Shown: positions 20,643 through 31,757, counted from the stretch's first letter. The stretch is 64,000 nucleotides of DNA from Candidatus Aenigmatarchaeota archaeon (GCA_039091535.1 JAWCLW010000001.1:11881-75880); one strand, 5' to 3'. Numbers and translations: made by a program. The notes: generated by a model not told the origin, from the sequence alone.

Positions 20643-21524
20643 ATGTTTGATGAATTAATTAAAACAATAAAAAAACAAAAACCAAAAAAAATATTATTAC
20701 AATTACCCGATGGATTAAAAACAAGGGCAATTGATATATTAAATGAAATCGAAAATGAAAAAATAGATGTTATACTTTCAAATGATACATGCTATGGAGC
20801 ATGCGATTTACGCGAAAGAGAAGCAAAAATGCTTGGTTGTGATCTAATCGTTCATATTGGCCACAACAAATTCTATAAAAATATAAAAACGAAAATTCCT
20901 GTTATTTATTATCCGGGGAAAATTGATACAGGTTTAAATAATATTGATTTCTCAAAAATAAAAGAAAATAAACTTGGTCTTATAACAACAATACAATATA
21001 TTAACTTATTAAAAGATGTTGCAGAATTATTGAAAAAAGAAAATAAGAAACCTATCATAGGTGGTCAAATATTAGGTTGTTGGATAGAAAATGCTAAGAA
21101 AATTGCAAACAAGGTTGATGCGTTTCTTTTTATTGGAACTGGAAAATTCCATTCACTAGGCATTGTTGGAAAAAAGGTCTATGTCTTAGATTTGGAAAAA
21201 CAAAATATTGAAGTTGCTGACACAACAATATTTGAGAAAAGAAGATATGCAAATATATTCAAAGCAAAGGACGCAAAAGTATTTGGAATAATTGTTTCAT
21301 CAAAGTTAGGTCAATATAATATCCAAAAAGCTGAAAAAATTAAAAAAATTATTGAGAAAAATCACAAAAAAGCTTTTATTTTAATAATGGATGAAATAAA
21401 AGATGAAAAATTACTTGGTCTACATTTTGATGCATATATAAATACTGCATGCCCAAGAATTATTGATGATAAATTTTCAAAACCGATAATAAATGATAAA
21501 GATATTAAAGAATTGTTTTTGTGA
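20643..21524 (+). CDS. dph2: diphthamide biosynthesis enzyme Dph2
   Basis: LQLPDGLK, CYGACDL, HIGH, GQILGC, NTACPRI. Confidence 0.95.
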   Translation: MFDELIKTIKKQKPKKILLQLPDGLKTRAIDILNEIENEKIDVILSNDTCYGACDLREREAKMLGCDLIVHIGHNKFYKNIKTKIPVIYYPGKIDTGLNNIDFSKIKENKLGLITTIQYINLLKDVAELLKKENKKPIIGGQILGCWIENAKKIANKVDAFLFIGTGKFHSLGIVGKKVYVLDLEKQNIEVADTTIFEKRRYANIFKAKDAKVFGIIVSSKLGQYNIQKAEKIKKIIEKNHKKAFILIMDEIKDEKLLGLHFDAYINTACPRIIDDKFSKPIINDKDIKELFL

Positions 21525-21584
21525 AGTTTTAAATAAATTTTGCAATATTACTAAGTTAAGAAAATATAAAAAGAGGTTAGTAAA

Positions 21585-21851
21585 ATGAAAATAGAAGTAC
21601 TTGAAAATGAGAAAGACAAATTGAAAATAGAAATACATGATAATTTAACGCTTGTGAATTTGATTAATGAAAATATATGGAAGCAAAAAGGTGTTGATTT
21701 TTCTGCATATTCTCAGCAACACCCATACCTTTCAAAACCTGTTCTTATTGTAAAAGGAAAAGACCCTAAAAAAATTGTCATAGAAGCTGCAGAGCAGATA
21801 ATCGAAGATGTAAAAGAATTTAGAAAACATTTTCAAAATGTTGTGAAGTGA
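21585..21851 (+). CDS. rpoL: RNA polymerase subunit L (Rpo11)
   Basis: TLVNLINE, FSAYSQQHPY; canonical rpoL-DUF99-tfs context. Confidence 0.85.
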   Translation: MKIEVLENEKDKLKIEIHDNLTLVNLINENIWKQKGVDFSAYSQQHPYLSKPVLIVKGKDPKKIVIEAAEQIIEDVKEFRKHFQNVVK

Positions 21852-21951
21852 AAGGTTTTTATTTTCCGCAGAATTCTTCAGTAATTATTCATTAACAATA
21901 TTCTCAAAACTCTTATTAAATTTTTAAACATTGTTAGATAATCATTATTTT

Positions 21952-22539
21952 ATGATAAAAAAAGAAATACGCATAATTGCTTGGGACGATTGCAGATTTA
22001 GATTTAAAAGTAAGAAAGTTCGCATAATTGGGGTAATATTCCGTGGTGGTTTATTCTTAGATGGATTATTATCAACAATAATAAATAAAGATGGAAATGA
22101 TGCAACAGATAAAATAATTAATAGTATTTTATATTCACGCCATTACAATCAACTTTCAATAATAATGCTTGATGGTATTTCTTTTGCAGGATTTAATCTT
22201 GTTGATATAAAAGAATTAAATAAAAAAACAAAACTACCTGTAATTGTTGTACAAAGAAAAAAGCCTAACATGAAAAAGTTTATAAATGCATTAAATATAT
22301 TTTCGGACAGCAAAAAAAGAAAAGAAATTGTAAAAAAAGCTGGAAAGATATATAAATATGATAAAATATTTTATCAGAAATACGGTTTAAGTATAAATGA
22401 ATGCAATGAAATATTAAAAATAACATGCACAAGAGCAAATATTCCAGAACCAATCCGTGTTGCACACATAATCGCATCTGGCCTAAGTAGACAATCAAAA
22501 AGTGCATCATTTGTTTTTGAGTCAAGGGGACGAGCATAA
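21952..22539 (+). CDS. DUF99 family (endonuclease V-like, endonuclease dU)
   Basis: IKKEIRIIAWDD, DGNDAT, DGISFAGFNLVD, PEPIRVAHIIASG. Confidence 0.92.
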   Translation: MIKKEIRIIAWDDCRFRFKSKKVRIIGVIFRGGLFLDGLLSTIINKDGNDATDKIINSILYSRHYNQLSIIMLDGISFAGFNLVDIKELNKKTKLPVIVVQRKKPNMKKFINALNIFSDSKKRKEIVKKAGKIYKYDKIFYQKYGLSINECNEILKITCTRANIPEPIRVAHIIASGLSRQSKSASFVFESRGRA

Positions 22540-22543
22540 AATT

Positions 22544-23047
22544 ATGAAACCAAAAAATAAAAAACAAAAATATATTCATGAAATATTTGAATTTATTGTA
22601 GCATTTGTTATTGCTTGGTTATTTTATCAAGGATTGGTATTTGCTTTTGGCACAGAAATGCCTATAGTATCTGTTGTGTCCCAATCTATGTATCATGATA
22701 AGCAGTTTGATATATGGTGGGATGAGCACGGTGAATTTTACGAAAAACTTAATATAACAAAAGAAGAATTTCTGAAATTTCCGATGCCAAATGGTTTTTC
22801 ACGTGGTGATCTTCTTTTTGTAGTTAATGGTGATCCAAGCATTGGAGATATTATTTTATATAATAAAAATAGTATAACAATAGTACATAGGGTGATAAAA
22901 ATTACAAAGGATGGATATTTAACAAAAGGTGATAATAACTTTGTTGCAGATACTCCAATAAAAAGAGATCAAGTTGTTGGTAAAGTAATATTTGGTGTCC
23001 CAATTCTTGGATACCCCAGACTTGCATTATATGCACTTGGGATATAA
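22544..23047 (+). CDS. signal peptidase I, archaeal Sec11 type
   Basis: TM helix, VVSQSM, RGDLL, IVHRV, TKGDNN, IPILG-like tail. Confidence 0.92.
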   Translation: MKPKNKKQKYIHEIFEFIVAFVIAWLFYQGLVFAFGTEMPIVSVVSQSMYHDKQFDIWWDEHGEFYEKLNITKEEFLKFPMPNGFSRGDLLFVVNGDPSIGDIILYNKNSITIVHRVIKITKDGYLTKGDNNFVADTPIKRDQVVGKVIFGVPILGYPRLALYALGI

Positions 23048-23145
23048 TTGTCAAATATAGAAAAATATAAAAATAGGGAATATTTAAAAACTTTTCCTTA
23101 CTAAGTAAAAAGGTTCTATGACTATTGTGGAGAGTGTCTTAAAAA

Positions 23146-23493
23146 ATGAAAACAAAACAAAATATATTATCGACAATATTTTGCGATAAGTGTCATTCGA
23201 TCATGGTGCCCACAAAAAAGGGAAAGAACATATATCTAAAATGCAGAAAATGTGGTGCAGAAAAAAGAAAGGACATAAAGGATATCAAAATAGTTGAAGA
23301 AAGAAAAAAAATAAAAGGTGTTACTATACTTGAAAAAGACGAAACCCCTTTACCAATCACAGATCGTGTATGTCCTAAGTGTGATAATCCAAAAGCATAT
23401 TGGTGGCTTCAACAGACAAGAAGTGCAGATGAACCACCAACACAATTTTTCAGATGTACTAAGTGCAAGTATACATGGCGAGAGTATAAATAA
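23146..23493 (+). CDS. tfs: transcription factor S
   Basis: FCDKC..CRKC; CPKC...QTRSADEPPTQFFRCTKCKYTWREY. Confidence 0.96.
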   Translation: MKTKQNILSTIFCDKCHSIMVPTKKGKNIYLKCRKCGAEKRKDIKDIKIVEERKKIKGVTILEKDETPLPITDRVCPKCDNPKAYWWLQQTRSADEPPTQFFRCTKCKYTWREYK

Positions 23494-23671
23494 ATTTGAA
23501 ACTATCCAAAATTTTTAATTTTAATAAACTAATTTTTTGAATCTATCTAGTTTTAATAGTGAGTGTAATTCATGATTTAAATAAATATTTGATTTCTATC
23601 GTTTCTTGATATAATTCTCTTCATATTCTCAAAGAATTTTTATTCTTGTAAATAAAAGGAGGGACAAAAAA

Positions 23672-25054
23672 TTATTTTTTCTTAATCTTCTTTATCAATA
23701 CAGGCAAAATTCTCATCATATCAACTATATTATCATAATCAGCAAGCATAACTAAATCTTTTAATTGATGAATACATAATCTTTTGATCTTCATTTCCCT
23801 GCACAATTTGATTATTGCACTTTGTTTTTCTTTTTCATTTGCATATTTTTCAAATTCTCTTATTAATTTCAATACAGTTATTCTTTGACCAGGGTTCGCC
23901 CCTCTTTTATATTTGAAATAAATAATTGGTGGTTTCCATTTGTTATCTAATTCTTTTTTTGCAGTTTCATCTAATTCCTTTTTTTCTGCAAAGTAGTCAC
24001 GTTTTCCAAATTTGTTTTCATTTATTTCACCACAATATTTTCTTATTTTCAAATTCCTTAATATTCGCATTATCGGTAGACCATAAGGGCAAACACTTTC
24101 ACAATGTCCACAATATATACATGCGTTTGGTTTTACTGACTGTCTTTTATATAAATTGATTATCCATTTTTGTGGACCAAATTTCTGAAAATATCCTTCT
24201 AAAGCAAGAAAATAGAATATGTTTATATTTCTCGGGCATCCACCACTCATTGTAACACAATATCCACATGCGTGACAATATTTTTCTTGTCTTATTTTAT
24301 CATTTTCTAATTTTTCTTTGTCATCTTTTTTAAACTCTTTTGTTTTTAATACATTTATAACATCTTCTTCTAATTCTTTTTCTGTATGAATCCCAGGTAT
24401 AACGGTAGAAATTCCATCAAAAGACAAACAAAATCTAATGGCAGATGTTGGATGTGCAATCAATCCACCAGCAAGTGGCTTCATAACAATCACACCTATA
24501 TTTTTCTTTTTACATAATTTTATCAAATCTTCTGATTCTCTTTCATAATAATTAAAACTTGTCATAATTGTATCAAATAAATTTGTTTTTATTGCTTTTA
24601 CAAGGACCGTTGGTTCATGAGATGAGATTCCAATAAATCTTATTTTTCCATCATTTTGAAATTCTTTCAATGCAGAAATTGCCCCATCTTTTTTCAAAGA
24701 CTCTCTTAACATTTTTTTATCTTTGATATGATGAAGTTGGTACAAATCGATATAACTCATCTGAAGCTCACTAAGACTTGTTTTTATATCTTCTTTCATA
24801 CGATCGTATGAAACAGCAGGACTTTTTGACGCAACAATCCATTTTTTTCTTTCATTTTTTATTGCTAGACCAATCTTTTTCTCTGAATCGGTGTATACAC
24901 GGCCTGTGTCTATGAAATTTACTCCATACCTACCTGCTTTTTTGATTATAGAAACAGCATCATTTTCATTTATTTTTTGTATTGGAATTCCACCAAAACC
25001 TATCTCTGAAACAGAAAGATTAGTTCTACCCAATATTCGATAATTCATTTTCAT
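23672..25054 (-). CDS. aldo/keto reductase with 4Fe-4S dicluster domain and an extra C-terminal region
   Basis: LGRTNLSVSEIGFG, DTGRVY, IDLYQLH, MKPLAGG, CHACGYC..CP, CIYCGHCESVCP. Confidence 0.9.
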   Translation of the reverse strand: MKMNYRILGRTNLSVSEIGFGGIPIQKINENDAVSIIKKAGRYGVNFIDTGRVYTDSEKKIGLAIKNERKKWIVASKSPAVSYDRMKEDIKTSLSELQMSYIDLYQLHHIKDKKMLRESLKKDGAISALKEFQNDGKIRFIGISSHEPTVLVKAIKTNLFDTIMTSFNYYERESEDLIKLCKKKNIGVIVMKPLAGGLIAHPTSAIRFCLSFDGISTVIPGIHTEKELEEDVINVLKTKEFKKDDKEKLENDKIRQEKYCHACGYCVTMSGGCPRNINIFYFLALEGYFQKFGPQKWIINLYKRQSVKPNACIYCGHCESVCPYGLPIMRILRNLKIRKYCGEINENKFGKRDYFAEKKELDETAKKELDNKWKPPIIYFKYKRGANPGQRITVLKLIREFEKYANEKEKQSAIIKLCREMKIKRLCIHQLKDLVMLADYDNIVDMMRILPVLIKKIKKK

Positions 25055-25308
25055 TATTTTTCACTTTCTTTATTTTTTTGTGTTTTAATATTAATAAATT
25101 TATTTTTAATATCTAAGTTTCTAAAATTATCAAAAAATCTAAATTATTTTTCTAATTTTGGCTAACATCAATTTAAATTTATTATTTTATTAAGATTTCT
25201 TTCTTTTCTTTCCAATAAGTTATAGTTGATAAAAATTGATAAAGCCTTGTTCTTATGTTTTGAAATTTAATATTTAAAATTTTCAAATTTAATATAAAGT
25301 TGATATTT

Positions 25309-26010
25309 ATGGAAATCTTATATATGGAAGATTGTTATATCAAAGAATTTGATGCAAGTGTTATAAATATTAATGGAAAATATGTCTTTTTAGACAAAAC
25401 AGCATTCTATCCGAATTCCGGTGGACAACCACATGATACAGGCATACTTGTCCATAATGGAGAAGAATTTAAAGTTATATATACTGCAAAACTAAATGGA
25501 AATATTTCTCATGAGGTTGACAAAGTTGGCTTGAAAATTGGTGATAAAGTAATAGGTAAAATAGATTGGAATCGTAGATATTTATTTATGCGATACCATA
25601 CTGCGTCACATGTGCTAAGTGGTTTAATTAATAGAGAAACAGGAGCAAAGATTACAGGAAATCAAATATCAGAGGATAAAACCCGCATAGATTTTGATCT
25701 CGAGAACTTTGATAGAGAAAAGATAAAAGAATGGGAAAATGAAGCAAATAAAATAATAGAACAAGGACGTAATGTAATACTCAAAATTCTTCCAAGAGAG
25801 GAGGCATTTAAAATACCAGCAATTGTAAAATTGCGTATGGCTTTTCCAGAAAATATAAAAAATATAAGGATTGTCGAGATAGAAGATTTTGATCAGCAAG
25901 CATGTGCAGGAACACATGTAAAAAATACAAAAGAAATAGGAAAGATAGAAATAATAAAAACTGAAAACAAAGGAAAGAACAACAGAAGAATTTATTTCGT
26001 TTTGAAATAG
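25309..26010 (+). CDS. alaX: alanyl-tRNA editing protein AlaX-M
   Basis: FYPNSGGQPHDTG, MRYHTASH, ACAGTHV, KGKNNRRIY. Confidence 0.95.
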   Translation: MEILYMEDCYIKEFDASVININGKYVFLDKTAFYPNSGGQPHDTGILVHNGEEFKVIYTAKLNGNISHEVDKVGLKIGDKVIGKIDWNRRYLFMRYHTASHVLSGLINRETGAKITGNQISEDKTRIDFDLENFDREKIKEWENEANKIIEQGRNVILKILPREEAFKIPAIVKLRMAFPENIKNIRIVEIEDFDQQACAGTHVKNTKEIGKIEIIKTENKGKNNRRIYFVLK

Positions 26011-26027
26011 AATTAGGTGTTATTAAA

Positions 26028-26552
26028 ATGAAAAGAAAGATGCATTATTTACTTATTAAAATTATCTTAATGATAATTGCTTTTATTGCTGGATTTATTG
26101 CTAGCACATATTTTTATAAACCAAATTTTCTTGAATATATTGTTGAGAAAGCCGAACCATATGAGATAGATACAACAAATCTTGTACCCGTTAATGTTAC
26201 TATAAATTTTGTTACACTTAGTTTTATAAATGATTGTTATCAAATATCATTTGATGTTACAGAGGATCAGGCTTACTCCATAGCAAGAGGTATGGAAAAA
26301 TCACTTAGTCCAAGACCACTAACTCATGATATAATAAAGGATATAATTGATAATTTTGGAATAGAAATATTATTCATAAGCATAGATAGATATGAAAATG
26401 AAATATATTATGCAAGAATGCTTATGAGACAAGGAAATAAAGTTCTCAATCTTGATTTGAGACCTAGTGATGCCACAGCATTGTCATTGAGACTTGGAAT
26501 ACCAATATATCTAAATAAAGATTTGCTAAAAAATGCTGAATATATTTGCTAG
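26028..26552 (+). CDS. bifunctional nuclease (DUF151) with N-terminal membrane anchor
   Basis: QAYSI, PRPLTHD, YYARM, DLRPSDATALSLR. Confidence 0.88.
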   Translation: MKRKMHYLLIKIILMIIAFIAGFIASTYFYKPNFLEYIVEKAEPYEIDTTNLVPVNVTINFVTLSFINDCYQISFDVTEDQAYSIARGMEKSLSPRPLTHDIIKDIIDNFGIEILFISIDRYENEIYYARMLMRQGNKVLNLDLRPSDATALSLRLGIPIYLNKDLLKNAEYIC

Positions 26553-26563
26553 GTGAATATTTT

Positions 26564-27322
26564 ATGAAAAAAAATATAGTCAAATTGAGAATATCAGATT
26601 TAATTTTTATAGTTATTATTGTATTCCTTATAGGTTTTTTATTTGGTTTAGGTTCTATCCCAAAAGAGATAAAAAAAACATCAGAATTCAAGCAACAAAA
26701 TATAAATGAAACAATAATAGAGATTGGTATACCTGCTGTTGATAGCAAAGGTAATGGTGTTGTCGGAAAACTTGAAACAATTGTTAGACCAGGGACAGGT
26801 TTAGTTTTAGTAAATATAAACAATGTACTTGCACAATATGATACACAATACTCTGGACGTGTGGCAGCAAAGGTTGCCAGCGAATATACAAAAACAAATA
26901 TGAGTAATCTTGATGTTATATATAACATAAAAGTTAATGCATCCATTGTTGAAGGTCCATCCGCTGGCGCAAGCATGGCACTATCAATAATTTTGGCGCT
27001 TGAAAATAAGAAATCAAATCCCAATGTTATGATTACAGGTACAATAAATGAGGATGGCACAATAGGACCTGTTGGCGCAATATACGAAAAGGCACTTGCT
27101 GCAAAAAATGCAAATGCAACAATTTTCCTTGTTCCTCAAGATCAATCAACTCAATATGGATATAAAAGAGAAAGAGAATGCAAAAAATTTGATTTTATAG
27201 AATATTGTAGTATAAAATATATAGCAGAAAAAATTAACATAGGCGAAAGCCTTAATATAACAGTCAAAGAAGTAAGAAACATAGACGATGCAGTTAAGTA
27301 TTTTATTCAAAATTCGATATGA
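26564..27322 (+). CDS. membrane-anchored S16 (Lon C-terminal domain) serine protease
   Basis: PAVD, EGPSAG, TGTINEDGTIGPVG..EK..AA. Confidence 0.9.
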   Translation: MKKNIVKLRISDLIFIVIIVFLIGFLFGLGSIPKEIKKTSEFKQQNINETIIEIGIPAVDSKGNGVVGKLETIVRPGTGLVLVNINNVLAQYDTQYSGRVAAKVASEYTKTNMSNLDVIYNIKVNASIVEGPSAGASMALSIILALENKKSNPNVMITGTINEDGTIGPVGAIYEKALAAKNANATIFLVPQDQSTQYGYKRERECKKFDFIEYCSIKYIAEKINIGESLNITVKEVRNIDDAVKYFIQNSI

Positions 27323-28553
27323 TCTTTATATTGTTATCAAGTTTTCTAAAAATATTTTCAAGCATTTCTATGTTATGTTTTATATTATTTTTCATTCGTT
27401 CTTTCTCAGAATTTTTTCCTTGTAATATTTTTTTTATTTTTTCTATTTCCTTCTGTTTGTTTGTTATATCATTTTCTATTTTATTTCTTTTTTCAATATA
27501 TGGTATAATTATGTTATTTAGGATATTTTCTTTTTCATTTATTTGGGATACCAAACTAGAATAATGTTCTTTTATTGATATAAAAAAATCTATACTTCTA
27601 TATAACATAAGTATTTTATTTTTTTCCTTATCATCTACAGAAATCATGCCATTATTTACATAGTCCTTTATCCGTTCAAGTATCTTTTTTATTTCATTAT
27701 TTTTATCAGACAAAAGAAATGTCTCAGTGGATATAATATATTCATTTAATACATCTTTTTCATTTTTTGAAAGATTTATCTCTTTTGTTTCTGCAAGATG
27801 CTGAAGTTTTTTCATTGGTCTAAGTATACTTCCAAATTCTGTATCTATTTGTTGTTTTATTGCATCTCTCTGTCTCTTCAAGTTTTCAATTTCTTTGTTT
27901 AATTCATCTATGTTCTTTTCTTCAATTTTTTTTCTGTTGTTTTCTAACTCTTTTCTTAAATCTATTATTTCTGAAAAAAGTTTTTTTTCGTTATTAATCA
28001 AATCATTTATTTCATTTTCGATATTATTTAATTTATTTTGTATCTCATTAATCCAATCTATGCATTTTTCTGCATGTTCCTTTCTTTCTAATATTGGAAT
28101 ACTAATAACTTTTCTAAAATCGTTTATTTTTCTTTTTAATATTTTTGATTGCGATGCTATTTTGCTCATTTCATTTTTAAAAATAGCAAGCTGTTTAAAC
28201 TCTTTGATACTCGGGTTTTCTACAACTTTCAGAATATTGTCAACATTATCAGTAAACTTTATCAATTCTGAATATGAAAATGAAGGATTATTAAAATTAA
28301 AATACGTCAAACATCTTTCACAATATTTATTTTTAATGTTATTTGCAAAATTATCTTCAATATTTCTCTCCTTTAGTTGTGTTATTAGATTTTTTAGTAT
28401 AGATAATTCCTTAAGCAAATCATCTAAGATTAACTTTATTTTTTTCTCAATTTCGCTTATTTTTCTCTTTGTTTTTTCTTCCAAAAATTTTTTTGCATTG
28501 TCAATTTTTAATTCTTTCTTTTTCTTATTTAATATTTTAAACATTTTTATCAT
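27303..28553 (-). CDS. coiled-coil hypothetical protein
   Basis: Long K/E/I/N heptad-rich ORF with no P-loop. Confidence 0.75.
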   Translation of the reverse strand: MIKMFKILNKKKKELKIDNAKKFLEEKTKRKISEIEKKIKLILDDLLKELSILKNLITQLKERNIEDNFANNIKNKYCERCLTYFNFNNPSFSYSELIKFTDNVDNILKVVENPSIKEFKQLAIFKNEMSKIASQSKILKRKINDFRKVISIPILERKEHAEKCIDWINEIQNKLNNIENEINDLINNEKKLFSEIIDLRKELENNRKKIEEKNIDELNKEIENLKRQRDAIKQQIDTEFGSILRPMKKLQHLAETKEINLSKNEKDVLNEYIISTETFLLSDKNNEIKKILERIKDYVNNGMISVDDKEKNKILMLYRSIDFFISIKEHYSSLVSQINEKENILNNIIIPYIEKRNKIENDITNKQKEIEKIKKILQGKNSEKERMKNNIKHNIEMLENIFRKLDNNIKIISNFE

Positions 28554-28615
28554 ATTTAATCCTCATAAGATATAATTATAAAAACATTTTTTATTATGCT
28601 ATATAATGTGGTATA

Positions 28616-29413
28616 ATGAAAATAAAAAATAAAATATTCCTGATAATTATACTCCTAATTTTATTAGGTATTTTTATTATCTTTAATACGTCAAATATAC
28701 AAATATTGGAAACACAGAAACTTGTAACAAAGGTTATCGATGGCGACACTATAATTGTTGAGGGTGGACATATTGTTAGATTATTGGGTATAGATGCTGA
28801 CGAGAAGGGATACCCCTGTTATGAGTCTGCAAAACAAAGGCTCGAAGAACTTGTATTGAACAAAAGAATTTTTTTGGAACAAGATAAAAAAGATAAAGAT
28901 CAATATAAAAGATATCTTAGATATGTTTTTCTTGATGATGATAATATAAATCTAAAATTGGTTAAAGAAGGGTTTGTGGTTGCTCATTTTTCAGATGAAA
29001 ACATAAAATATAAAGAAGAAATTATTAACGCTGAAAAATTTGCAATAGAAAACAAGATTGGTTGTAAATGGGGTAATATATCAAAAACTGAAAATATGAC
29101 ATTATCTAGTTTGAAAGAAGATGTTATTGACGCCTGTGATGCAATAAAGTATGTTAATGAAGAAAAAACTGTCAAAGGTAAAATAGTTGATGGCTATAAA
29201 AGTGTAACAAATACTGTTTTTCTTAATTTTGAAAAGCCATATCCAAATCAGTGTTTTACAGCGGTTATATTTTCTTATGATTTAAAAAAGTTTCCTGAAA
29301 ATCCACAAAATTATTATGAAGGGAAAATTGTAAAAATAAGTGGAAAAATAAAAGAATATAAAGGGAAACCTGAAATTATTTTAAGCAATATGTCTCAAAT
29401 AGAAATTTTATAA
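28616..29413 (+). CDS. secreted thermonuclease (SNase) with C-terminal OB-fold
   Basis: VIDGDT, VRLLGIDADE, DQYKRYLRY; OB part FLNFEKPYPNQCFTAVIF...YKGKPEI. Confidence 0.92.
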   Translation: MKIKNKIFLIIILLILLGIFIIFNTSNIQILETQKLVTKVIDGDTIIVEGGHIVRLLGIDADEKGYPCYESAKQRLEELVLNKRIFLEQDKKDKDQYKRYLRYVFLDDDNINLKLVKEGFVVAHFSDENIKYKEEIINAEKFAIENKIGCKWGNISKTENMTLSSLKEDVIDACDAIKYVNEEKTVKGKIVDGYKSVTNTVFLNFEKPYPNQCFTAVIFSYDLKKFPENPQNYYEGKIVKISGKIKEYKGKPEIILSNMSQIEIL

Positions 29414-29416
29414 GAC

Positions 29417-30043
29417 TTATCTCATATACTTTTCTTCCCATTCATCAAGATCTTTTTCATTTAATGGTTTTTCTTTTTTTGTATTTGTTTCTTCTTTATA
29501 TTTATTTCTTAATACAAATCCAAAAATCATACCTATTAATAATCCACTAATATGTGATATATTTGCTATGTTACTTGGGTAAAAAACTCCTACTAGATCT
29601 ATCAAGAACCATATAGCAGCTGCAACAATCATTGGCATTGGCACGCTGTAAACCCAAACAATCATTTTTGGTCTTAGAAAAGTTAAGCAACCCAAAATTC
29701 CAAATATAGCACCAGATGCTCCTAATGTTGCTTCGTAAAAGAATATAGAGGTTATATTTGCTAAAATTCCGGAAACAAGAAACACTAATATAAAATTTTT
29801 GCTTCCTATAATTTTTTCAAGTATTGTTCCAAACAATACAAGCGCTAGCATATTATACATTAAATGTTCTAAGCTACCATGCAAAAATATTGATGTTATC
29901 AAAATCCATGGCCTTGATATAACATCTATTGAAATCAAAATAAAATTTTCAGTAATGAAAGAGAATATTACTTGGATTATAAAAATAATTATGCAAAATA
30001 TAGTGATTATTATTGCGCAATATCTGAATTCATTTTTTGACAT
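29417..30043 (-). CDS. rhomboid intramembrane serine protease
   Basis: TSIFLHGSLEHLMYNM, GASGAIFG, SHISG. Confidence 0.95.
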   Translation of the reverse strand: MSKNEFRYCAIIITIFCIIIFIIQVIFSFITENFILISIDVISRPWILITSIFLHGSLEHLMYNMLALVLFGTILEKIIGSKNFILVFLVSGILANITSIFFYEATLGASGAIFGILGCLTFLRPKMIVWVYSVPMPMIVAAAIWFLIDLVGVFYPSNIANISHISGLLIGMIFGFVLRNKYKEETNTKKEKPLNEKDLDEWEEKYMR

Positions 30044-30190
30044 AAACTAAATATTACAATAATGTTTTAGTTCTTTTATTTACAATATTTATTACATCAC
30101 ATTTGTTTTAGTCCTAAAGATAATTTATTTATCTAAATTTCTATACAAATCTTTATTTATTATAAATTAAATATCCTTTTAGTGAATTTT

Positions 30191-31330
30191 ATGGATGTAA
30201 ATGTATTATTGACACTTGGTATTTTATTATTATTTGCTAAAGTATTTGGTGAAATAGCAGAACGTCTCAGTGTCGCATCTCTCGTAGGTGAGGTAATAGC
30301 AGGTATAGTACTTGGACCTATTCTTGGTTGGGTTGTTCTTAACGAATTCCTATCTGAATTTATGATACTTGGGATAATTTTTCTGCTTTTGATGGCTGGA
30401 CTTGAGGTAAAGGCAGATGATATAAAGAAGAATACATATGTTGCTAGTATACTTGCTATTAGTGGTGGATTATTATCATTTTTTTTGGGCTTTTTTGTAG
30501 GCATGATATTTTTCAATGATATATTAACTTCTATTGCTATAGGTATTGTATTGATATCTACAAATAATGGAACACTATTTATGATACTTATGAAGATTGG
30601 TGAGTTTAATTCAAAAATAGGTAGAACAATAGTTTCTATAACAATTGCAGATGACGTAGTAGGTATTCTTATATTATCATTTTTTACAATGTATGTAACA
30701 CAAAACAAATTTTCATTTAATGATGCATGGTATTTATTTCTTTTGAGTATTGGTTTTTATTTGATAATGCTCACAGCAGGATCAAAAATAGCAAATAAAC
30801 TGCTTGATATATTTGGATTTTTTAGAAATGAATATATACTTTTTTCAATTCCAATAGTTATAACATTTATACTTGCATATGTTACTGAAAATCTTGGAAT
30901 TAGTCTTGCAGTTGGTGCGTTCCTTGCAGGCGTAGCAATGGCAAACAGCAAGTTTACAGAATCTATAATAAGACCCAAAATTGAAATAATTTCATATGGT
31001 TTTCTTATACCATTATTTTTTGCATCGATAGGAACTATGCTTGTATTTAAAGATTTAAATATAATTCTTATTATTGCGATAGTTTTAGCTGCGATATTAG
31101 GAAAATTCATCGGATGTGGTATGTTAAGCAGATTCTTTGGCTACACATGGGATGAAATAAAGCTTATTGGATTGTCGATGATGCCTCGTGGGAATGAAAA
31201 TATAGTTTTTGTACAAATTATTTTAATGCTTGGTGTTATAACAATGCAGGTTTATACATCCATAGTATTTTCAATGGTACTTACAGTAATACTTGCACCA
31301 ATTCTATTGAAAATATTTTACAAATCTTAG
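30191..31330 (+). CDS. cation:proton antiporter (CPA2)
   Basis: GEVIAGIVLGP, AGLE, ADDV, GAFLAG, PRG. Confidence 0.92.
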   Translation: MDVNVLLTLGILLLFAKVFGEIAERLSVASLVGEVIAGIVLGPILGWVVLNEFLSEFMILGIIFLLLMAGLEVKADDIKKNTYVASILAISGGLLSFFLGFFVGMIFFNDILTSIAIGIVLISTNNGTLFMILMKIGEFNSKIGRTIVSITIADDVVGILILSFFTMYVTQNKFSFNDAWYLFLLSIGFYLIMLTAGSKIANKLLDIFGFFRNEYILFSIPIVITFILAYVTENLGISLAVGAFLAGVAMANSKFTESIIRPKIEIISYGFLIPLFFASIGTMLVFKDLNIILIIAIVLAAILGKFIGCGMLSRFFGYTWDEIKLIGLSMMPRGNENIVFVQIILMLGVITMQVYTSIVFSMVLTVILAPILLKIFYKS

Positions 31331-31502
31331 ATGAAAAAAAATTGATATGAATAGATTAACAATGGGTATTAAAATAAACCCAAAAAAAACAAGAAATTTA
31401 TAACAGAGTAATATTTTAATATTTTTATTATTTATTTATAATCATATATTGTTGAATGATTACTTTTTTATTTTAATGACAATTTAGTTAGGGTGATGTG
31501 GA

Positions 31503-31757
31503 ATGAGATGGAATCCTGGTAATGAGATAAAAATTGATGGGATATCGTACAAAATAAAAAAGACTAATTTAGGATGTGAACTAGAGGGCGACCTTTCAAA
31601 ATACACAAATTTGTGGAGTAAAATAAAAATATTGTTGAATGATGATGGTAGAATAACAAAAATTGTGCTATATAATCATGAGGAAAAAAATGTAACACAA
31701 TTTGGTTTATTTTTCCGTGATTCTAAGTTGCCAGACTATTTAAAAGAAAAATTATAA
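31503..31757 (+). CDS. hypothetical protein
   Basis: GGGTGA SD upstream; no motif. Confidence 0.6.
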   Translation: MRWNPGNEIKIDGISYKIKKTNLGCELEGDLSKYTNLWSKIKILLNDDGRITKIVLYNHEEKNVTQFGLFFRDSKLPDYLKEKL

